64,000 bases of DNA from Octopus sinensis (lineage: Eukaryota). A program made the translations under genes and the position numbers. Positions 27,681-41,206 of the stretch are shown in pieces (position 1 is the stretch's first letter; each line of letters starts with the position of its first letter). The notes under the pieces were generated by a model. The model worked only from the letters and a program-made list of their open reading frames with translations, made no database searches and was not told the origin of the DNA. The DNA is taken from NCBI RefSeq assembly GCF_006345805.1, contig NC_043001.1:12834001-12898000 (forward strand), given 5' to 3'.

Positions 27681-28245
27681 TTAGGTTGTCTGGAAAGTTC
27701 ATGCCGATTTATAGTAGTTTACATTTAGACTTATTTTAGAACATGGTTGCGTCCATAAAATAATATTTGACTACACCTTCTCTTAGAGCACAGTTTAAGC
27801 TATCTTTTCGTGGAAGGAGGTTTATGTTCCTATAAGCTGTGTTAATTCTGTAACCCTTTAAAATGGAAGATAAGAAAGTTCATTTTCGGCACTTGATGCT
27901 TTAAGAACCAGACAAAAATTGCTGCAGCTCCACTGGGATGTGTTCCGCTACCCTCCATATTCACCAGATATTGCTCCTTCGGATTTCCACTTATTCAGGC
28001 CTCTGCAGAATAGTCTTAATGGTAAATATTTCAATTCTTTGAATGACGTAAAAAGATACCTTGATTAATTCTTTGCGATGAAACCACCTCAATTCTGGGA
28101 AGGGCTATTTTCAAGTTAAAGGAAAGATGGAGACGCATTGTGCAACAAAATGGTTCGTATTTCGTCGATTAAAAAGGTAATGGCAAGTATTTATTGACCT
28201 TTTTCTTTCCTTTAAAAATCAGCACGTAATTTTTGGACAACCCAA
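27681..28245 (+). mobile_element. Internally deleted mariner (non-autonomous)
   Basis: TA-flanked TIRs TTAGGTTGTCTGGAAAG.. and ..TTTGGACAACCCAA; N-terminus MEDKKVHFRHLML at 27863 fused to YPPYSPDIAPSDFHLFRPLQNSL. Confidence 0.92.
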
Positions 28246-28271
28246 TATTATATTCATAGCATGAATATACT

Positions 28272-28662
28272 TCTCTACGCTAAGAACAAGGCCAGAAATC
28301 TTTGGAGAATGTCCCAGCTGTTTAGATCGATCCCAGTACGCAACTGGTACTTAATTATCGACCCCGAAAGGATATAGTGCAATGTCGACCTCGGCGGAAT
28401 TTGAACCCAGAACGTAAAGGCAGATGAAATACCTATTTCTTTACTACCGAAAGGGTCTAAAAACAAAGAGGACAAACAAGGACAGACAAACGGATTATGT
28501 TGATTATATCGACCCCAGTGCGTAACTGGTACTTAATTTATCGACCCCAAAAGGATGAAAGGCAAAGTCGACCTCTGCGGAATTTGAACTCAGAATGTAA
28601 CGGCAGATGAAATACGGCTACGCATTTCGCCCGGTGTGCTAACGTTTCTGCCAGCTCGCCAC
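28272..28662 (-). mobile_element. SINE family B dimer
   Basis: Head, unit with tail 2, re-entry at GGTATTTC, unit with tail 1. Confidence 0.88.
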
Positions 28663-29210
28663 TCTTCATTGCATGGATTTTCGGGAAAAATCATATGATT
28701 TTAGCACTGTCAAAGAAAATGTATTTAGACATCAACATAAGCTTGGGATTTCACGCTATTAATATGAAATCAAAATGGTGGACTTATCGTCGGACAGATA
28801 ATTAAGGTGCAGAAATAAAATTTGGAGACAACTATATAAGACTGTCAGCATTTATGAATTAGACTCCAATTAAGAAAAGAATTTACCGACATTATTAGAT
28901 TTAAACGTTCGATATCTGTTTATTAATAACCATACATAGAACTGTATAGATGAAACATAGATTCAAGGAATACTTTATTTATGACGCTTGAATTAAATTG
29001 TCAATAATGTATCGACATTCATCATTGGTTTGCAGAATGCGAGCTAAACTAATTTAATCGACGGCAAATGATTAAGTCAATGTTTCCACAAAGGACGTTG
29101 ATCTTAGCATTACAAAGCAAAACATACCAAATTACATAGACTCAAGACTTTACTATGTAAATCATCTCTTCTGTTGCTCTTATAATAATAATATCGGTAT
29201 ATTTGAGACA

Positions 29211-29385
29211 GGCGTTGGAGTGGCTGTGTGGTAAGTAGCTTGCTTACCAGCCAAATGGTTCCGAGTACAGTCACACTGAGTGGCACCTTCGGCAAGTGTC
29301 TTCTACTATAGCCTCTGGCTAACCAGAGCCTTGTGAGTGGATTTGTAGACGGAAACTGAAAGAATCCCGTCGTATATATGCATAT

Positions 29386-29447
<62 letters not shown>

Positions 29448-29667
29448 AATATGTGTGATATGTTTGTGTGTCTGTGTTTTTACCCCCAACATTGCTTGAC
29501 AACTGATGCTGGTGTGTTTACGGTCCTCCGTAATTTAGCGGTTCGGCAAAAAATACCGATAGAATAAGTACTAGGTTTACAAAGAATAAGTCATGTGGTC
29601 GATTTGCTCGAGTAGAAGGCGGTGCTCCAGCATGGCTACAGTCAAATGACTGAAACAAGTAAAAGAG
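29211..29667 (+). mobile_element. SINE family A, full length
   Basis: Head to GACTGAAACAAGTAAAAGAG. Confidence 0.92.
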
Positions 29668-30442
29668 TATAGATAAAAGTTATTCGTTTACGTAATCATC
29701 CCACATATCTTTACCTGACAATGTTGAATTCACTCAAAAGTCGAAATTATGTATCGTCTCTTAGGTGCCATACTCCGTCTGTTACTATAGTAACGCAATA
29801 AGTATGACGTACGATATTTAATCGTTAAAATAAAATTAATATTGAATTTCCTCTGCTGCAAATTACTTAGCTTTGTTTCCACGAAAACCGGCTGCAGACG
29901 TTGGAAGGAATAACATCTCTTTCGAGATCGATTTGTTCCCCTAATAACCTTTTAAGGCGGTGCCCTAGCATGGGCGCAATCCAACGACAGACACAAGTAA
30001 TAAGTAAATGGCAAAAGCTCCACCATTTTTTCAACAGAATTTACGATTTTTCCCCAAATTTCAACTTTTTTTTTACATTTTTGTTTCTCCCACCACCACC
30101 ACCACCTTTCCGTATCGCATTCGTTTTCCATGAAGTATGGGACTTCGAAGGACAGCCATTCGTGAACTCCACCCAAGAAGGGCCATAATCGAAGGCACTG
30201 AAGTTGCTACGATCCCGCCTTCTAAGTGTATCTAAGAGTACATAATCCAACGCGTCCTCTTACGCGGCGGAGTGTTTCAACGGCTGCTATTTCTAGCAAA
30301 TCGAGCTTCCACATGAATTATAAGGCTCCCTCCTTTGTTGAGCTTTTCACTCATCTTCATGAGTTGATAGGAGGGAAGGGAAACCCCTCCTCCCCACAAA
30401 AAGACACCCTTTTTTTAGAAATACAGGAAGGCGACTCAGACG

Positions 30443-30498
30443 TGACGTCACCAAACTATTCTCTTTAAAAACAAAAACCAAACAATGCTGTATAAAAT
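30443..30498. promoter_or_regulatory. Candidate promoter: perfect CRE (TGACGTCA) plus TATA-like TATAAAAT
   Basis: TGACGTCA at 30443-30450 preceded by GACGTG; TATAAAAT at 30491-30498; lies in a CpG-richer non-repeat stretch (about 30100-30500). Confidence 0.3.
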
Positions 30499-30677
30499 TG
30501 CGATACAATGAAGTGGTGTGCGTGTGTGTGTGTATGTGTGTATGTGTGTGTGTGTGTGAATTTATGTGTGGGGGTAGGGGTGTGTTTGAGAGTGCGTCGG
30601 TGCGTGTGTGTGTGCGTGTGTAGGCGGGAGTTGTCTGTCTAAGCGGCGTGTCTGTATGTGTGTGTGTTTCTAGGAAT

Positions 30678-30760
30678 CGCTAAGTTACGGGGACGTAAAC
30701 ACACCAGCATATGTTGTCAAGCGATGTTGGGTGAACAAGCACAGACACACACACAGACGC
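30678..30760 (-). mobile_element. SINE family A fragment
   Basis: CGCTAAGTTACGGGGACGTAAACACACCAGCAT..TTGTCAAGCGATGTTGGG. Confidence 0.8.
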
Positions 30761-30767
30761 ACGCACA

Positions 30768-30851
<84 letters not shown>

Positions 30852-30855
<4 letters not shown>

Positions 30856-31188
30856 GCATTATTAAATCTCAGAGCGAGATGTAAACAGTAACCGCTCAAC
30901 AACGTAAAGTATAAAAGCCATCTCAATATGGCTAACCACAAAGTGGGGGTGTTACCGTAGCTTTTAGCCCCAGGAGATCGACGTCTCCAGCTGGCTTTAG
31001 ACACACCTTCTGTGCCCTTCAGGTATTAAGGCTTACGAGGAAGGGATGACTTCCCTTTCCAAATACCTGAAGAGCACAGAAAGTGTGTCTAAAGCCAGCT
31101 GGATACGTCGATCTCTTGGGGCTAAAAGCTACAGTAACACTCCCACTTTGTGGTTAGCCATATTGAGATAACTTTTATACTTTACGTT
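30852..31188. repeat. Asymmetric fold-back element P4 (family shared with P6)
   Basis: 49-bp extension, then arms 30901-31027 and 31062-31188 that differ by substitutions, mostly transitions; the 34-nt spacer contains a degenerate hammerhead-like motif. Confidence 0.88.
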
Positions 31189-31217
31189 ATATATATTCAA
31201 AGACGTCCATCGCACAT

Positions 31218-31283
31218 CTTCGGCGGGCTTCTTTCAGTTTCCCTCTATCAAATCCAGTCACAAGGCTTTGGTCGGCCCGAAGG
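31218..31283 (-). mobile_element. SINE family A fragment
   Basis: GGGCTTCTTTCAGTTTCC..CACAAGGCTTTGGTCGGCCCG. Confidence 0.8.
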
Positions 31284-32177
31284 CAAGACTGTTGTAACGT
31301 TCCAGCCTGCACCGGGAAATCCATATGTTGAACGAGCTATCTTCGTTGAAGTAAACACTCTGAAAGTGGTAGAAATGTTTGTCTAGCTGCGCAGCACCCT
31401 TAGCTCTTCTTTCTCCCTGGATGATGAAATATCGTTTAGACTGCAGAGAGTAACTGATTCCTTCCGGTCTCTTCAGTCTCGAGTCTGGTCCCAGAAATGC
31501 ATAAAAAAAAATTATTGTGTACTGTGCATCTGTACTGACTTCGCTCCTTTACTCATGCGAGACAGGGACCTTTTAAAAAGCGTCCTTTAACGCTTTGATC
31601 AGAGATTCTCATATATGTTCTGAATGTTGGCTGGACCTTAAAAAACTCCAGATACACGGGTCCTGAGAACAGCTGATATCTTGAGTATATAGGCGATGTT
31701 GAAAAAGCACCGGTTACTTTGGACTGGACACCTTATTAGAATGAATTTTAGCAGGATCCCTAAGCAGATGTTATAGGGGGAATATGTGAATGGAAACAGA
31801 CCACGGTAGAAACCAAGGCTGCGATTTAAAGACACTGTCAATTCTTCATTAAATGGCTGTAATATACAGGAGACTGAGTGGGAGAGCAATGCCTGTCATC
31901 GCCATAGATGAAGGAAGCAGATTAAGGAAGATGTCGACGCTTTTGAGAGAACACCTATCCTGCATGAAGAACTTAAGCGAGCTGTGCGAAAGCGCGCGGC
32001 TTGTATAGTGAATGGGGAAAGGTTGGCGTGCAATGTTATCAGTCGTGTATGATTGTCAAGAAAATGGCTCATTAGCCACCAACGGAGCCGCAAGTGCCAA
32101 ATATTAGTTAGTCCCAGAGCGCACAATATTCCTGAAGATCAGCAATGGTTTTCTGCAGTCACTACTGGACGGCCATC
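31284..32177 (+). mobile_element. RTE-clade LINE 3' relic
   Basis: Frameshifted translation includes KTVVTFQPAPGNPY, STLSSS.SLDDEISFRLQ, HRLLWTGHLIRM, RIPKQML, PRLRFKDTV and a C-terminal LISHQRS zinc-finger-like end. Confidence 0.88.
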
Positions 32178-32180
32178 TCG

Positions 32181-32213
<33 letters not shown>

Positions 32214-32449
32214 TATAGGGAATAAATCCAAATTTACAGGGAAAAAATCAGATTTAGGATTAAATCGATTTTAGTAAAATATTATAAATATTATTCGAGA
32301 CAAACCACTATTTTGCAAAACAAACAGGAAAGACTTAATTAATACCTAAAATTTAATAAATGTCAAAATATTTTTTGACTATTTATTAAATTTTATGTAT
32401 TAATTGTCTTTCCTTGTTGTTTTGCAAAATAGTGGTTTTGTCTCGAATA

Positions 32450-32459
<10 letters not shown>
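32214..32459. repeat. Asymmetric fold-back element P5 (family shared with P1)
   Basis: Same extension as P1; arms about 32284-32367 and 32373-32459; the centre differs from P1. Confidence 0.85.
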
Positions 32460-32499
<40 letters not shown>

Positions 32500-32694
32500 A
32501 GAAGTTTGAGAACGCCACTATATAAGATAAATTTCAATTTTCTTAGAAATTTTACATGTTTCGGTTCTTCTTGAAAAAACGAACCTTTGTAAGAAAATTA
32601 TAATTTTCTTATATAGTAGCATTCTCAAACTACTTTTTTGTAAATATATACCCACTTGTATACCACCTACACTTATTTTATATATATAAGTATG

Positions 32695-32738
<44 letters not shown>

Positions 32739-33388
32739 AACATATATACATACATATATGCATACATATATATATGCATACATACATATCTGCATGCATA
32801 CATAAATGCATATATACATACATACATACATACATGCGTGCATGCATACATACATACACACTCAGACCATTTGTGTGTCTCATGTATACGTGTGCCTTTA
32901 TGTCTGTCATTTTAATTACTGAATGTCATCATCATATACAGATTACAGATAACACCCAGTTACACAATATTAGTTCTCAATGAGAATTGATATTTTCTAC
33001 TTTTTACCCCTAAAATGTATGAAAAATGGCTAATTTTTCCTTCAAGCTTCGCCTTTATTAAATTCATTCAAGCTCCAAAAATCCTTCTCAGCTCATGACT
33101 ATGATGCACCCTCACTACTCCTTTTCATGATCAGAGATACCCAGATCGTCAGCCACCAAGGGGCATGCTCAAGTGGTTAAGGTCAAGCAAATGTATGATA
33201 TTTAACAGAATATTTGCTATATAGACATTTCTGCTTCAGCAAATCAGTGCTGAGTCTGTCTGAATTTTAATGGAAAATGGTAGCGTTTCTAGAGATTGGT
33301 GTCCAGGTCACAAGACCAAAATTTGATGAGAATAGTATTCACTTCCTTTGATTTCTAGATAGAAGTATATAGGAAATTGGATTTCGAA

Positions 33389-33766
33389 GCACTCCGTCGG
33401 TTACGACGACGAGGGTTCCGGTTGATCCGAATCAACGGAACAGCCTGCTTGTGAAATTAACGTGTAAGTGGCTGAGCACTCCACAGACACGTGCACCCTT
33501 AACGTAGTTCTCGGGGATATTCAGCGTGACACAGAGTGACAAGGCCAGCCCTTTGAAATACAGGTACAACAGAAACAGGAAGTAAGAGTGAGAGAAAGTT
33601 GTGGTGAAAGAGTACAGCAGGGATCACCACCATCCCCTGCCGCAGCCTCGTGGAGCTTTAGGTGTTTTCGCTCATTAAACACTCACAACCCCCGGTCTGG
33701 GAATCGAAACCGCGATCCTATGACCGCGAGTCCGCTGCCCTAACCACTGGGCCATTGCGCCTCCAC
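33389..33766 (-). mobile_element. SINE family C, full length (tail type 1)
   Basis: tRNA-like head GGAGGCGCAATGGCCCAGTGGTTAGGGCAGCGG...GGTTTCGATTCCC; possible TSD ATAGGAAAT. Confidence 0.92.
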
Positions 33767-34217
33767 ATAGGAAATAATACTTACTAAACAAAGAGAGAAA
33801 CTAAAATTTGTTATGTTGTGTAATAATACAAATCTCCACTGTCGGAGTCTAACTAATAAAAACAATATCTTATATTTATCTCACGAAAGACTTACATGTT
33901 TCAATTATCTGCTCGGTCTCTCTATTTTTAAAACAGCGAGATAGTTGATTACTTTTTATGTGTTTTTTGGTTTTTCTTTTTCTTTTTGTTTTCTAAAAGA
34001 AAAATCTTGTCGAGTAACATTTGAGCGTATATAAGAAAACAAAAAAAAGTGCAATGACTATCGTAGGTATAAGACTGAATTTATAGATATGGTATGGAAA
34101 TATGAAACATGATTGATTGAATTAGAAGCGATTTGGTGAGTACAAATTGTCTGATTGATTGCGCAACTAAGCAGATGGCTCCGAGAAATATTACCTTTTG
34201 TAGCGATGGTAACTATT

Positions 34218-34515
34218 TCTATTCTACACTAGGCACAAGGCCCGAATTTTGAAGGCGGGGCCAGTCAATTAGACCTAACCCAATACGCAACTGGTGCTTA
34301 ATTCATCGGCCCTGAAAAGGTTGAAAGGCAAAGTCGACCTGAGCGGAATTTGAACTCAGAACGTAATACAGACGAATTACCTACTTCTATTTCTATACTA
34401 CCCACAAGGGCTAAACACAGAGAGGACAAACAAGGACAGACAAACGGATTAAGTCGATTACATCGACTCCAGTGCGCAACTGCTACTTATTTAATCGACC
34501 CCGAAAGGATGAAAG
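34218..34515 (-). mobile_element. SINE family B dimer, head lost
   Basis: Tail-2 unit joined to a tail-1 unit through the GGTA.TTCGTCTG junction. Confidence 0.85.
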
Positions 34516-34725
34516 GTGTTAAAATTTCTTTTTATTGTTTTGCCATTTCGATCGCCCCTAGACACAACAAGATTTGTTTCATCACAATTTTTGCAAGTAA
34601 ACGGATAAACTTTCTTTCAAACAATTCGTAAAATAAGCATACGATGTATTAACGTTAGCCAGAAACAATTAACGAATGAGAAAATCATAATATATTTCAC
34701 TAAACTATAAACGTATAGAAAATGT

Positions 34726-34880
34726 GGATATTTACATTTTGACCGACGGATTTAAAAAAACTATTTTTTTGTAACTAAACACTTTCAAACTTCGGACACT
34801 GGTAGAATGTGTCATATAAAACATCTTTTACTCTTAGCGTTTTTGCGAAAAGCTTATATTTAGGAAGTTATTTCACGTTT
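34726..34880. mobile_element. Fragment related to the MITE at 10941-11380
   Basis: GGATATTTACATTTTGACCG TIR-like start; homologous to 7241-7430. Confidence 0.6.
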
Positions 34881-34921
34881 GTGTTCGTTGAACGAACACA
34901 AAAGAAATTATGCAAATATTC

Positions 34922-35078
34922 TTTTCTATTCTATGCACAAGCCCCGAAATTTTTGGGGAGGGGGCCAGTTCATTGGATCGACCCCAGTATGCAACAGGTA
35001 CCTAATTTATCGACCCTGACTGTATAAAATGAAAAGTCGACCTCGGCTACGCTAACGTTTCTGCCAGCTCGCCGCCCT
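34922..35078 (-). mobile_element. SINE family B, internally deleted monomer with tail 1
   Basis: GCACAAGCCCCGAAATTTTTGGGG..GTCGACCTCGG..CTGCCAGCTCGCCGCC. Confidence 0.8.
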
Positions 35079-35109
35079 GTTAATGGTAACAGTATTGAGA
35101 ATTAAAGTA

Positions 35110-35488
35110 GCAGGAGTGGCTCTGTTGAAAGTAGCTTGCTTATGAAAAGCACTGTTCCGGGTTCGGTCCCACTGCGTGGCATCTTGGGCAGGTGTCTTCT
35201 ACTATAGCCTCGAGTCGACCAAAGCCTAGTGAGTGGATTTGATAGACGGAAACTGAAAGAAGCCTGCCGTCTATATGTATATATATTATGTGTGTGTATG
35301 TGTTTGTGTGTATGTGTTTGTCTCCCAACACCACTTGACAACTGATGGTGGTGTGCTTACGCCTCCGTAACTTAGCGTTTCGGCAAAACTACTAGGCTTA
35401 CAAAGAATATGTCCTGGTGTCGATTTGCTCGACTAAAGGCGATGCTACAGCATGGCCACAGTCAAATTACTGTAACAAGTAAAGAGAG
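35110..35488 (+). mobile_element. SINE family A
   Basis: Head to tail, with a short internal deletion. Confidence 0.88.
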
Positions 35489-36839
35489 TATGTACGCCTG
35501 TTGCGTTTGGAGTGCTTTTGTAATTAACCTCATACCAATCTCTTGGGCAGTATTTCTGTATTTGGTGTCGGGCGTCAACGAAGTTTTTTTTCGAAGGTCT
35601 GGGGTTTCCCGCCCCTAAACCCGAGACCATCACCTAATCACCCTTACCCGTCTTGTTGTTTAACAACAACTACAACAAAAGGCAATACTCTCGATCCATT
35701 ATGCCATATCTGACCTCACCATATAGTGGATCCAATTTGAGGTTCAATTTTGATGTGTATTTATAATGAATAAGCCCGATGTCCATACGCTACATGTATC
35801 CGGATTGCGTCTCTATCAAAACTTCCACTCAGGGATATTTCCACACCGGATACCTTTAATACGAGTTACAATAACACAATGAAACCGTATTAGAATCAAT
35901 TAAGCAATTGAAATGTGACAAACTTTAAGCCTATTGGATTAATGGACACAGTTTCTCTTCAGAAACGTGAGATATCTCTGAAAGTCTATATATTTCAATG
36001 GTACATATGTCGTTATGCTTTGCCTTTTCTATCTTCAATAATATTTTACTGGGAATTTGATGAATTATCGTATTGTTACTTAGAACAGAAATATTTTCCT
36101 AAAGTAAAATCTCTAGACGAATACATATCCAAATTTGTAAAATTCAGTTAGACATTGCCTTAGTTTGTGCCAGGGATATTTGCATTTGACAGCATGTACA
36201 CCTTTTGCGGACTGAGGGATTTCCACCTTTACATTATTACTTGAGCCATAAACCTAGAAACTGGAATAATCGTGATCTGTATAAAAATCCATGAGTACTG
36301 GCAACGAGAAGCGCCTCTACAGGCAGAAAATCCTGCGCTGCCTTTCAATTTATTTATAAACTTATGTGCACATGCATTTGTGATTACCAATGGAGTGAAG
36401 GACTTATAATATCTAACATGTGTGTGAATACGTTTGGGTGTACGATTGGGAATTTTGGCGTAGGCTTGTTTAACTGTGTATACTTGTACAACTGTTGGCA
36501 TGTATTTGCAGCTATAGATGTTACCATACGAATAAACAAATTCAAATATATTCGTAGAAGATATATTCGTTCAAAAGACGCTTATTCCGAATACACCCAA
36601 CATCGTATATCTTTCTAGCGGGTGAAAAGTGTATGCATACATACAGTTTCAGTTTCCGCCATTGATAATCGTGTATGAGCCGTGTAATGTTAACCATAAT
36701 GCGTTATTTGAAAGTATGGTTCAATTGTTAGCATTTTGCCGCACAATTACAATGTCCAGGTTCAATTCATCGACCACAAAATATTATGTCCTCGAGAAAG
36801 ATGAAACCTCGTTTACATTGATCTGGAATTTATCTGAAA

Positions 36840-37227
36840 CTAGCAGTATCGCCCGGCGTTGCTCGGGTTTGTTTCGACCATTTAAAATTGAAATTTTTGA
36901 AAAGTAAATTTGTTTTATGTAGCTTGTTATTCTCTTTAAGTGAACACTTTTCTGGTTGAAATACACCGAAAAATGGCGACACAGCAGTAAAAACATCGTA
37001 AAAAATAGGGATTTTCATAGAAAAAAAAGCGCCTTTTTGATGTAAATAATTGTTCGTGTTAATATGGTCCGATCTGAATTTTGTCTTCTACGGATGGAAG
37101 AGCAAGCCTTCTTCTGTCATACTTTCAATTTTGGTCAAATTGCGCCGCAGGGTCTCGGAGAAGATAGTGTTAGTTGAAGGCTGCCAAACCTGCCACACAC
37201 AGGCAACTTCAGCTTTATATATATAGA
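36840..37227 (-). mobile_element. Non-autonomous Helitron-like element
   Basis: 5' A|TCTATATATATAAAG and 3' CCCGAGCAACGCCGGGCGATACTGCTAG|T; inserted between A and T. Confidence 0.8.
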
Positions 37228-37275
37228 TACTGAGTAGTTTGCAGCTTGGGCAACATATCTCCCTCCTTCCGTCTC

Positions 37276-37310
<35 letters not shown>

Positions 37311-37903
37311 TCACACTCTCTCACAGAGAGAGGCAGAGAGAGATTCTCTGTTATCTTGCATGTCAGGTATTTCAACCGAGAAGCAATTTCACGGAATGTT
37401 AATTTACTTAAAACTAAGTACTGTCGTTACTTTCAAATACCACTTCGTATATTTTGACGATCGGAATAATTCAGTAATTATAAACGACTTTAATTGACTG
37501 TATTTCGAAGCAGTGTTATACAAAAAGCACCGGAGGCGATACGCGCAGATAATATTATAAACATTAATTAATATATAGTAACGGGAGATAAAGAAATGTT
37601 ATCGTATGCGACATGATGTTGTCATAGATTAGTGTGTTAAACCTTAAGAGATTTGTGTAAAATATTTTTCACTACAGAACACGCATATTTTGGCAGAAGC
37701 ATTCAGACACGCTCTTAATACTTTCCTACATACACGTATGTACTCATACCAGCATGCATACATACATACGTACGTACATATAATCATACAAGTAAATACA
37801 TTCATGCATAGATGGAGATCTATATCAACATTTATATATGTGTTTACTATTTCTATCTTTTTTGTCTTTCTATCTATGAACCAATCAATCAATATATCTA
37901 TAC

Positions 37904-37970
<67 letters not shown>

Positions 37971-37984
37971 TATATATATTATAT

Positions 37985-38070
37985 AACGGGAAGTTTTACG
38001 AAAATAAACAAAAGACGAAGGCACGTGGAGTACAAACAAACAATTGTAATAGTATGGCGTTCAGCAATAG
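37985..38070 (-). repeat. 3' fragment of the PLE-like short repeat also at 60410-60575 and 62145-62290
   Basis: AAAAGACGAAGGCACGTGGAGTACAAACAAAC resembles AAAAGACGAAGACAGGTGTGAGAACAAC. Confidence 0.5.
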
Positions 38071-38105
38071 AATTAAAACATATATAAACAAATATATATA
38101 TATAT

Positions 38106-38143
<38 letters not shown>

Positions 38144-38151
38144 TATATATT

Positions 38152-38199
<48 letters not shown>

Positions 38200-38683
38200 T
38201 ATTACTTTCTTTTTGTTGAATTTTCTATAAATGGATCAACACATCCAATTCTATTCTCCTGCTCCATTTAGTTCATGCTCTTGACGAACGGAGCAGGGAA
38301 GATACAGGTGGGTAGAAAAGGTCGCTGAAGAATTCACAGATGTGTGACGAAAGAGTTCTAGACATTAGACGTATGGCAATAAAACACCAATTACAAACAA
38401 GCGAAAAACGAACGTAAAGTGCCTGTGAAACATTAAAACTACACACGCACAAACACACACACATATCCATATATATATATATATACGAGTAAATGTAATG
38501 AGAAACAAGCCAAGCAAGCCAATTTAGACGGACCATTAAATGCATTTAATAGAAAAAATATGTACATGTGTATGGATATATAATAGTCCGCCTTAGACAA
38601 TATAGAACATGTCAGGAGTTATATGGGTCGAGTTTACTAGCGCAACAGCTGTTTCTGGCAGAACTATGATAATGAGATGGATA

Positions 38684-38718
<35 letters not shown>

Positions 38719-38857
38719 ACCGAAAGTCCATGAGAATTACTTAATACAGTTCTAAATTGTATTATTGTTTTTTTTTTAACATATTTCAACATATATCTTT
38801 CTATTGTGTGAGTGCTCTCAATTAACCTTTTCAAACGCACGTGCCCATAAATATAAA

Positions 38858-39085
38858 GGAGTGGCAGTCTGGTAAGAATTTGGCTTCCGAACTACACGTT
38901 AAGGGGCTATAGTTAAGGCTCCCAAACCGCTTGGTAACATTGGCAAGTGTCTTGAACTAGACCCTAGGAACGACCAGAAATTTGTAAGTAGATTCGGTAG
39001 GCGGAAACTTAAAGACGCCCATCGTATATTTTGATGAGTTTACGTCCCCATAACCTAGCTGTTCGGTAAATATAACCGATAAGAA
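38858..39085 (+). mobile_element. SINE family A, old and degenerate
   Basis: GGAGTGGCAGTCTGGTAAG, TTGGCAAGTGTCTT, GGTAGGCGGAAACT..GACGCCCATCG. Confidence 0.65.
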
Positions 39086-39103
39086 TGTGTGTGTGTGTGT
39101 GTG

Positions 39104-39148
<45 letters not shown>

Positions 39149-39472
39149 TGTGCGTGTTTGTGCGTCTGTAGTGTATACATATATATGGATATAGACAGGC
39201 AGAATGACAGACGGACGGATGGACGGACAGATTAGATAGTAGACAGGCTTTTTTCAGTTTCAGACTACAAGATGTTGGTCGGCGACACTTCCCTAAAATG
39301 ACACACACACACACACACACACATACACATATATATATTACAGGCGTCTCTCTTGTGTTTAAACGTACACTAATTTTGTATGTAGAATATGTTGCCTATT
39401 GACTTTTTATACATGATAGGCCAGTGGTAGTGAAATTTCTAAAAGCAAAACTCGTTACCCTATATATTTTAC

Positions 39473-39536
<64 letters not shown>

Positions 39537-41206
39537 GGGGGAAGTGTGTGCTTGTGTGTGTGTGTGTGTGTGTAAATGCATATTGCGGATTTTGAAATAC
39601 GAGTAGTTACAGACAACTGGACTTATCTGTAAGCCTACGAGGCACTGGTTTAACGTAGACAAAATGTCTACATTATGTCGAATGCTCCGGTGATAGGTCT
39701 CTAATGATGAGAACATCTACAATGTGTGTGCTTATGTGTTTGCGAAGTACACTGGATGCGTGAGTTAGTTTTAGACATATATTTTAGTTATATCTTGCGT
39801 ATGTGTTCTGGCTGCGCAATTCTGATATATTTTCTGCTATGTTAATAAAATTATTATCTGCAATTGAAATACGAGACGCTGGAGTATTGCTATACAGCAG
39901 GACTCTTTTGATATCTATTAATTGCATATCATTATGTTTCATTGTATATATACGCATGACTTTATTAATGCTACATTAAGGAATATTATAACACAGAGCG
40001 GGAGGACATATTCCTGATATAGAAATTTCAATCAAAATTACGATATATTGTTTGATACTGTATGATGTATTATGTGTCACTTGGCGTAAATATTTTTTTC
40101 GGATGCTCTTCAAATTTAGCGGATTTTGCCGTGCTCTTTGTTGACTGCATTCAGGCGTCTAATTTGTATCCCAGCGTATTCACAATTTCTGTCATGTTAC
40201 ATGCTGCTTATTGAAATTAACTCTAGAATATTCTAACTTTAGTGAAATGAACTCGTACATAGCATGAAGTCGTTGATGTCTTGTTTCTACTTTTACTCAC
40301 ACGCGTCGACACACCGCAATCATGAAATCGTTATGACGTAAATGGAATGCAGATGAAAACTAAGCTATAAAATTCTATCTACAGTATGTCAAAGGCTACT
40401 GAGAATGAATTTCTCAAGGAAACAAATAAGTGAGACTGGTGCAGTCCAGTAAGCAGAAAATCATATCTAGAATTTTCCAAGCCTAGATTTTAAATGGTTT
40501 GGCAAGAGATTCCATGTGTAACATATTGTCACAACATCATCTCAAATACTGAACAATTTCGTATATATGGTAGACTATTACCACTAATGTTTTTCATTAG
40601 CTACATTTGTAAAAAAAAAAAAATCGTATCGAGTTTTGTATTCCTGTAAAATTAATCGAATCTATTTATAGGTAATATTTCTATCACTCGCATGAAAGAA
40701 TCTCTATACAACCAGCCTTCCGCTAACTTATTTGCCGATATCGTGATTCCTATGCCATGTTCTAATTCTAATCCTTCTTCAAAATATACCCCCAAAGACC
40801 TCTCTATCTTGCCTGTTACCTGTTAATAAATTTCACTGAGATACCTGAAGATATATACTTAGTTTTCCTTCTTTTGTCCGAATTCAGACTGAAATGACCT
40901 CCCTTCCTGATCTCCTTTACGACAATCGATGATTTTCATATTGAACATCAATAATGCGCAATACCAATATTTCTCACTGGAATAACATATGCTGCGATTT
41001 TATTTCGTTAGGTTTACATGCTAAGAACTTAATCCAAATCCTTGACGCTGTTCGATACTGTTACACTTAGCCTGTACTAATATGTACGTTTTAGTAATTT
41101 GTGAGTCTGCATGAGAGAGAAAGAGAGCGAGAGAACAACACTCTACTAATCGTACCAGATGTTAATAAACTGAATTTCTGATCCGAGGTGATTCACTACA
41201 GATTCA

